Positions 26,256 through 32,000 of a stretch of DNA of 32,000 nt are shown here, piece by piece. Below the pieces are notes generated by a model. The model made no database searches and was not told where the DNA came from. It saw only the letters and a list, made by a program, of their open reading frames with translations. The DNA comes from Ruminococcus albus 7 = DSM 20455 (GTDB lineage: Bacteria; Bacillota; Clostridia; Oscillospirales; Ruminococcaceae), in contig NC_014825.1 of the NCBI RefSeq assembly GCF_000179635.2, positions 180,001-212,000 of the forward strand, in the 5' to 3' direction. The position numbers were made by a program, and so were the translations under genes. Positions within the stretch are counted from its first letter, which is position 1. Every line of letters begins with the position of its first letter.

Positions 26256-27385
26256 CTCCTGAATTTCTTTCCCGGCTTGAAATGCGGCTTGTCCTGCAAA
26301 TCATCAGCCATAGTTTTCTTTGCAAGCTCCGCCGCCAGCTTCCGTTCACGTTCCCGGGCAGCTATCAGCTTATCGGCGGTGTTTTCAATAATGACCTCAA
26401 TATCCGTATCGGCAAAATCATCGTCGCTGCGCCACTGCTCATAGATAGCGTTCAGAGCGTTATTACTTGACATGAGTGCATCCGTTTTCTGTTCGGGTAT
26501 CAGCTGCGGAACTTCCGTCATAAACATTTTTATCTGTTCCTTGATGACGATCTCATACGCCGAACCTATGATCTGTTCGGGCGGTCGTTTCTTGATATCT
26601 TCCATGAAAGCAGTATGCTCAGCCGCTACCTTGTCCACCAGCTTGTCAGCATAACGCTCCATAGAAAAATATCGGTACTGCGCTCTGAGTTCATCGCCAG
26701 TAAGTTGTGTCCTGTCTATGCCCAGATGCTTCTGAAACCACGCTTTGAAATCGTGCCAATCGGGGTACGCCATCATTTCATTGACAGCGACCGCCAGCTT
26801 CGGAAACTTGACAAGTTTTATTCTGTCTCCCTTTTTGACTGCTTCATCAAAATCCGATTTTTGTGTGAGATCGTAGTATGTGCCTTCTTTTCGCATAGCG
26901 GTCAAAGGCACACCGAGGTCACGAAGCTCGGCTGCCACTCCCGTATTCAGACCAATGCTTGCGAACTGCGTCGGATAATATGCGCCGCTTTTTATAAGTG
27001 CCATAAGACCGTGATAGGTGTCAGGCTCATAGGAAGTTGCGGTGAGAATCCGTGCGGCGGTGGTATGATTTATCTCCTTCGCCCTGAGCGAGCGGATAAA
27101 ATCATCAATATATTCCTCACACCCGAAATCATAGCAAGAGTATTCCATAATGTGCAGAAGATCCTTCCAGTCGAACAGCTTATCGTCATAAGCGATTATC
27201 AGCTTTTCGATGCTCTCAACGTCAAATTTTGATTCTGCAAAACGCTCGACATAACCCCTATCAAATTCAGCCATGACCGCAATTGCTTGGTCGGAATAAT
27301 CACAAGCGATTATCCTCGCCATCTGTTCCTTTGACAGCACCTCCGCAAGACTTGCAAGGTTATCATCACGATTTGTTTGTATCAT
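26252..27385 (-). CDS. uncharacterised ICE protein, paralog P3
   Basis: KDLLHIMEYS, LIKSGAYYPT, YPDWHDF, IIGSAYEIVIKEQI...LNAIYEQW. AGAGGTGA RBS. Confidence 0.7.
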   Translation of the reverse strand: MIQTNRDDNLASLAEVLSKEQMARIIACDYSDQAIAVMAEFDRGYVERFAESKFDVESIEKLIIAYDDKLFDWKDLLHIMEYSCYDFGCEEYIDDFIRSLRAKEINHTTAARILTATSYEPDTYHGLMALIKSGAYYPTQFASIGLNTGVAAELRDLGVPLTAMRKEGTYYDLTQKSDFDEAVKKGDRIKLVKFPKLAVAVNEMMAYPDWHDFKAWFQKHLGIDRTQLTGDELRAQYRYFSMERYADKLVDKVAAEHTAFMEDIKKRPPEQIIGSAYEIVIKEQIKMFMTEVPQLIPEQKTDALMSSNNALNAIYEQWRSDDDFADTDIEVIIENTADKLIAARERERKLAAELAKKTMADDLQDKPHFKPGKKFRR

Positions 27386-27388
27386 ACG

Positions 27389-28111
27389 TCACCTCTTTTT
27401 CGAGCGCACGGGCGCAGCCTTGTATTCGGAATAATATTTCTCCATATCATCGGCAGAAATATCTTCTGTTTCTCTTGAAAGCAGATACTTGTAAAAGCTG
27501 TCCCAGTCGTCTTTACTCATGTACTCACAGATAGTCTGCACCAACTTAGTGCTGCCGCCCCGGATACAATCGCCGTACTTGATACTGTCCTCGACATTTA
27601 TTACTCCGCTCGGGATATGCCCCTTTCGGCTCGCCCTCAGCGGTACTTTCAGTTTGAAAAGCACTCTTGCGACCTCATAAGACAGCGACAGCGTTCCGTA
27701 TTTCGTCGGGAAATATGCACCCGACTTCACCTTGCCTACAAGGGTATCGTAGTCCTCCTGCTCATAGTTATCCGCAACAAAAATATTAGTCGCTGTCTTA
27801 CGGCTCATGCCGCCGCCCTTTATGCACTCGATATATTTCTTCACATCGACCTCGTTGCCGTTGCGAAAGGTGGAATACCTCATGACGTGCAGCAGGTCGG
27901 CACCGTCGATTATCTTTTCGGAATACGCTTTTGTAAGGGTATCCACCGTTTCCGCAGAATACATTGTATCGGTGAACACCTTTGCTTTCTTTTTATCCGC
28001 CGCCGCTATGACCGAAAGGGTATTATCATCATACCCTTTCGCGATCACAGCAGCGAGAGCCTGACCGCCGAGATTGGCGGCTATCTGCTCAATCGCTTCA
28101 TCTCTTGTCAT
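27389..28111 (-). CDS. uncharacterised ICE protein, paralog P4 (short form lacking the DUF3848-like C-terminal half)
   Basis: ADLLHVMRYS, KVKSGAYFPT, KDDWDSF. Start set to the ATG at 28111 with a GGAG RBS embedded in the end of the SNF2 gene (ORF call 28150 is an in-frame upstream extension). Confidence 0.65.
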   Translation of the reverse strand: MTRDEAIEQIAANLGGQALAAVIAKGYDDNTLSVIAAADKKKAKVFTDTMYSAETVDTLTKAYSEKIIDGADLLHVMRYSTFRNGNEVDVKKYIECIKGGGMSRKTATNIFVADNYEQEDYDTLVGKVKSGAYFPTKYGTLSLSYEVARVLFKLKVPLRASRKGHIPSGVINVEDSIKYGDCIRGGSTKLVQTICEYMSKDDWDSFYKYLLSRETEDISADDMEKYYSEYKAAPVRSKKR

Positions 28112-28115
28112 TTCA

Positions 28116-31100
28116 TCATCTCCTATTCGATTTTGTAGGTGTACTAACATTTGTTGGCGGATTTAACACTGTGACCTTCGGCTTGTAGTTCGGCATATCC
28201 GCTACCTCCTCGACTACCGACGGGATAGCGTCATCACCCTTGCCGCTGCTGAGTGCCTCATTCACTACATCGAGCCTTGCCAGCTTTTCGGCAAGTTCAT
28301 CGGCTCTGTCAAAGGGCTTTGTCAAGTTCTCTTTTGCTTCGGCAAGGTTAGCCTTAGCCTTTTCAATGTCATTCTTATACTGCACAATACGTTTTGCTAT
28401 CTCGTTCGCCGCAAGGTTTTCTATACGGCGCATATTGCCCTGTTTGTTCTCAAGATTGACATCACAGGTATATTTCAACGAACCGCAAAGAGATATGACG
28501 CACGGTGCGCCCTGGTCGAAGAAAGTTAGATTTTGCGGGTTCTTTTCAAGCAGAAGATCGAAGCCGAAATAGCTGCCGACTCTCATGCTTTCTCCCGTAG
28601 TTGAAACCTTGATGATAGCCTTTTCAAGAGCTTCTCCGGCTTCATCACGAACGTGTTCACTTGTCGCTTCGGAATAAACCTTTCCGTCAATTTCTATCTG
28701 GAAAGCGGTTCCATCGGGATGATTTACGCTAAACTGTGCTATGTCGGCAGAAGCCTTTTCAAGATAAGTAGAATACTGTTCGATACGCTGCGGCAAAGTG
28801 CGCTCCGCCTGCTCCTGATACCGATACAACGATTTCTTGTACTCCGCTTCAAGCATTTTGAGCGTTGCAACATCGTTGTCAAGCTGAATTTTCTCCTTTA
28901 TCATGGGATTGCCCGAAGCGATAGCCTGCATTTCGGAGTATGTCAGCACCATCTCGTCAACGTCCTCGGATACACGAACAGGGTCTTTTGAGGTCATTAT
29001 CTGATTTATGAACTTCGCCTTGTTGGTAATAATGCCCATCATGTAGGCATCGAACGTATTTTCGGTTAAATAATGATAGATACCGACCTCCTTGAACATA
29101 TTGCCCTGACGTACTCCACGACCGTCCTGCTGAGTAAGATCCGCAGGCTTCCACGGAATATCCAAGTGGTGAATAGCGCATATCCTGTCCTGAATATTTG
29201 CACCCGTGCCGAGTTTCGAGGTCGAAGCCAATATGAAACGCTTTTCGCCCTGCCGCAGCTGCTCGAACATTTCTGCTCTTGCTTTGTCGTTCTTTGCATC
29301 GCCCGCAAAACAAATCTCATCACGGGGAATGCCGCGCTTTACAAGATCGTCCTTTATAGCTTCATAAATTGAGAAATGCTCTGCGTCCTCGTTGATAGCT
29401 ATATCACAAAAGACTATCTGAACGCCCCTCTCCGCCATTGTGTTGTTATAATTCTCCACCAAAATATCCAACAGCTTATTCACCTTGCTGTCAGGTGCCG
29501 GAACTGCTTCCGGGTTCATACAGCGGCAGTCAAGACCTAAAAGACGTGCTTCGTGCGTGATGCGGAGCATATTATCCTCACGGGGATCCACGCCGCCGCA
29601 GTGTATCATTTCGGCTCGCTGTGCAAGCTGTTCCATGTACTCCTTTTGATACTCGTCGGGTTTCGCAGAAATAACGATAGGCTTTCCGGTTTTAAGATCG
29701 GGTACAGGCAGCTTTATCATGTCGGGGGTCTGAATATCTGCAAATTCTTTGTACATCAACATCAATTCGGGGATATTCACAAACTTTGAAAAACGGTTTT
29801 TCATCTGAAATCCGTTGCCCGCAGGCTTGATCTCCAACTGCGATACGACCTCACCGAATGTTGATGCCCAGTCATCGAATGTTTCAAGACCTGCCTTTTC
29901 TAAGAGATCGGGACGCAGGTATCTTTGCATAACATAGAACTCGACCATACTGTTCGTGCAAGGTGTTCCCGTGGCGTACAAAATGTTGTTACAGCCGTAC
30001 TTGTCGTTCAGATACTGCGTTTTCATCAACATATCCTCCGACTTCTGCGCGGCAGTCGTCTGAACGCCTGCAACATTCGACATTTTTGTTGCGACAAAGC
30101 AGTTTTTGTAGTAATGCGCCTCATCGCAGACAAGATAATCGAAACCGAGCTTTTCAAAACACAGGCTGTTATCCTTTTTAGATGACATCAGCTTTTCAAG
30201 ATGCTCCTCCAGCTTCTTTTTCTGACGCTCCAGTGCCTTAACGGAAATTCTGTCAGAACTATCCACTTCTTCAAGCGCAGCCATCAGTTCATCAAGCTCG
30301 CGCTCCATAAACTGCTGCCGGTACTCGGTGGACATAGGTATTCTTTCAAACTGATTGAACGACATAATGACAGCATCATAGTCGCCCGTGACACACCTTG
30401 CAATAAACCGCTGTCGGTTTTCCTTTGTGAAATCCTCGGGTCGGGCAACAAGCAGTTTTGCGTTAGGATACAAACGTATCCATTCGCTCGCCATCTGTAA
30501 AGTCAAGTGCTTCGGCACTACCACGCAGGCTTTTGAGATAAGACCAAGCCTTTTCTTTTCCATAGTGATAGCGACCATTTCAAAGCTCTTTCCGGCACCA
30601 ACACAGTGAGCCAAAAGCGTATTGCCGCCCAGCTTACCACGCATAATAGCATTGTTCTGATGCGGACGCATCTGTATCGCGGGGTTCTTTCCGGGGTAGG
30701 TCTGATGTGAACCATCATACTCTCTGCCCCTGATAGCGTTGAAAAGATTATTGTATCGCTCAACATATTTTTCACGCCTATCCATATTCTCCCAAAGCCA
30801 AGTTCTGAACGCTTCCTTGATGACACGAGCCTTGTCCTTTGCAAGCTGTGTTTCCTTCGCATTGATCTCATACCAGACTCGCCCGTCCTCCTCTCGCTTA
30901 TCACGGACAACAATATCGCGCTGATTGAGCAAGTTCTCCAGAATATGATAACTGCTCATACGGCTTGTACCGTAAGTCTGCGTTGCCGCTACCGACCTGT
31001 CCTGATACCTGCCGTCGATCTTGTATTCGCCCATTCGGGTTCGGGTGATCGGGTGCGAATAAATATCTCCTTTGAGGACCTCCCGCATAAAACGGTTATA

Positions 31101-32000
31101 GTCCTCAACATCGACCCAGTTTGCACCGATCCTTACGGATATTTCCGACGCTTCGAGGTCTTTTGGAACAACCGCTTTCAGGGCTTCTACATTACGCTCA
31201 AAGCTGCTGTCGATATGCTTTGAATATTCCTCGGCAATCCTCAGCTTTTCACGGACGTTACCCGAAAGATACTCGCTTGCGTCTTCGTATCCCGAAAGAG
31301 GATCATTGTCCTTTACCTTTTGAGGATTTCTGTAAATATCCGTTCCAAGTTCCGAAATTATCTCGTCAGGCTCAACGCCTACAAGTTCAGCCATAAATGC
31401 AATATCCACTTTACCCTTTCGGTCAATGGATATTTGCAATGCCTCCTGCGGTGTTTCGCACGATACGATTTCCACCTCCGGCATTATCGTGCGCTTTGAA
31501 AATATCTCCGCTTTCTCCACCGTCTTTTTCTCGGTGTCCACTATTTCAAGAGCCGCCAAAGTATTGTAATCATCATCATGCTGAAATACTCTTTCGTTGG
31601 CACGGTCTGTAATTGCTCCGTATGCTCTCTTGAAGCGGTCATAGGTATAGTTGAGTTCCGCTTGCAGCTTTTTCAGTTCAGCATCATCGCAGCCCCTTGC
31701 CTGTGCATCAATTACCGCCATAGCCTTTTGACGTATCTGGTGCATACCCATCATTCTGTCGAGGGTCTTGCCGGTTTCCTGCACAGCGATCATAATCTCG
31801 TTTTCTCTGAAAAACAGCTTGCCGTTGACAACAGTGTGGGTGTAATTTCTTACGGTCGGGTCGGCGGGAATAATTTCAATATCCTTCTTGCCTTCCTCGA
31901 CGATTTTCACCGTTTCGATCTTACCCTTGATTTTTGATATAGCCGCCTGTAACTGCTCGGACAGGGGCTTGCTATCGTCCGGAATACAAGTAGTGACACG
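28116..32000 (-). CDS. SNF2-family helicase, C-terminal >=1290 aa of a larger protein whose N-terminus lies beyond the right window edge
   Basis: RPHQNNAI...LLAHCVGAGKSFEM (motif I), LVCDEAHYYKN (DEAH), ATGTPCTNS, GTGANIQ, QQDGRGVRQG (motif VI). The ORF-track start at 31910 is a GTG, and the frame stays open to base 32000 (...SKIKGKIETVKIVEEGKK...). The upstream segment EYLSGNVREKL is typical of methylase-helicase fusions of ICEs and phages. Confidence 0.85.
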   Translation of the reverse strand, partial: RVTTCIPDDSKPLSEQLQAAISKIKGKIETVKIVEEGKKDIEIIPADPTVRNYTHTVVNGKLFFRENEIMIAVQETGKTLDRMMGMHQIRQKAMAVIDAQARGCDDAELKKLQAELNYTYDRFKRAYGAITDRANERVFQHDDDYNTLAALEIVDTEKKTVEKAEIFSKRTIMPEVEIVSCETPQEALQISIDRKGKVDIAFMAELVGVEPDEIISELGTDIYRNPQKVKDNDPLSGYEDASEYLSGNVREKLRIAEEYSKHIDSSFERNVEALKAVVPKDLEASEISVRIGANWVDVEDYNRFMREVLKGDIYSHPITRTRMGEYKIDGRYQDRSVAATQTYGTSRMSSYHILENLLNQRDIVVRDKREEDGRVWYEINAKETQLAKDKARVIKEAFRTWLWENMDRREKYVERYNNLFNAIRGREYDGSHQTYPGKNPAIQMRPHQNNAIMRGKLGGNTLLAHCVGAGKSFEMVAITMEKKRLGLISKACVVVPKHLTLQMASEWIRLYPNAKLLVARPEDFTKENRQRFIARCVTGDYDAVIMSFNQFERIPMSTEYRQQFMERELDELMAALEEVDSSDRISVKALERQKKKLEEHLEKLMSSKKDNSLCFEKLGFDYLVCDEAHYYKNCFVATKMSNVAGVQTTAAQKSEDMLMKTQYLNDKYGCNNILYATGTPCTNSMVEFYVMQRYLRPDLLEKAGLETFDDWASTFGEVVSQLEIKPAGNGFQMKNRFSKFVNIPELMLMYKEFADIQTPDMIKLPVPDLKTGKPIVISAKPDEYQKEYMEQLAQRAEMIHCGGVDPREDNMLRITHEARLLGLDCRCMNPEAVPAPDSKVNKLLDILVENYNNTMAERGVQIVFCDIAINEDAEHFSIYEAIKDDLVKRGIPRDEICFAGDAKNDKARAEMFEQLRQGEKRFILASTSKLGTGANIQDRICAIHHLDIPWKPADLTQQDGRGVRQGNMFKEVGIYHYLTENTFDAYMMGIITNKAKFINQIMTSKDPVRVSEDVDEMVLTYSEMQAIASGNPMIKEKIQLDNDVATLKMLEAEYKKSLYRYQEQAERTLPQRIEQYSTYLEKASADIAQFSVNHPDGTAFQIEIDGKVYSEATSEHVRDEAGEALEKAIIKVSTTGESMRVGSYFGFDLLLEKNPQNLTFFDQGAPCVISLCGSLKYTCDVNLENKQGNMRRIENLAANEIAKRIVQYKNDIEKAKANLAEAKENLTKPFDRADELAEKLARLDVVNEALSSGKGDDAIPSVVEEVADMPNYKPKVTVLNPPTNVSTPTKSNRR

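Larger units (their letters stand above)
13582..32000. mobile_element. integrative/conjugative-element-like region; runs off the right edge, left boundary not determined
   Basis: Two tyrosine recombinases, an ArdC-N/zincin polyvalent protein, DUF3849-like and YodL-like domains, and a giant SNF2 helicase. This gene set is typical of Firmicutes ICE establishment regions and directly abuts a polysaccharide locus. No att repeats identified. Confidence 0.6.

Overview
Almost all coding in this window is on the minus strand, and it splits into two parts. (1) 1-13.5 kb is a Wzy-type surface-polysaccharide (CPS/O-antigen-like) locus. It holds the dTDP-L-rhamnose genes rfbB-rfbD-rfbC-rfbA and a visibly AT-rich serotype-specific block at 3.4-9.3 kb (WbsX-like enzyme, two GT2 transferases, an LbH acetyltransferase, a Wzy-like polymerase, a GT-B transferase). 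Next come an initiating monotopic phosphoglycosyl transferase (PGT) fused to an SDR domain and a NeuD/PglD-type acetyltransferase. Beyond those lies a diverged second acetyltransferase plus a 5' fragment of a second PGT, separated from the intact module by ~480 bp of repeat-bearing non-coding DNA. (2) 13.5-32 kb looks like the end of an integrative/conjugative element of the kind common in Clostridia (inferred from gene content and GGAGG-type RBSs). It holds an orphan DEAD/DEAH helicase with five HA repeats and two convergent paralogous tyrosine recombinases flanking a SLOG/DUF1273 gene. A tightly coupled minus-strand operon then runs off the right edge. It encodes the SNF2-helicase part of a giant protein, four tandem paralogs of an uncharacterised family, a 158-aa protein, and a 1424-aa polyvalent protein (ArdC-N-like, HExxH zincin, duplicated 74-aa module, DUF3849-like, YodL-like). 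The strongest candidate for something new is a pair of perfect 20-bp inverted repeats (17850-17869 and 19127-19146). They bracket one recombinase gene and a consensus outward-facing promoter, which suggests a self-contained invertible switch that would drive the SLOG gene when flipped. Other leads are the four-paralog array, short basic C-terminal tails on six consecutive operon products, and the duplicated/truncated CPS initiation module. I found no rRNA, tRNA or CRISPR array. All homology calls come from motif recognition by eye, not database searches.
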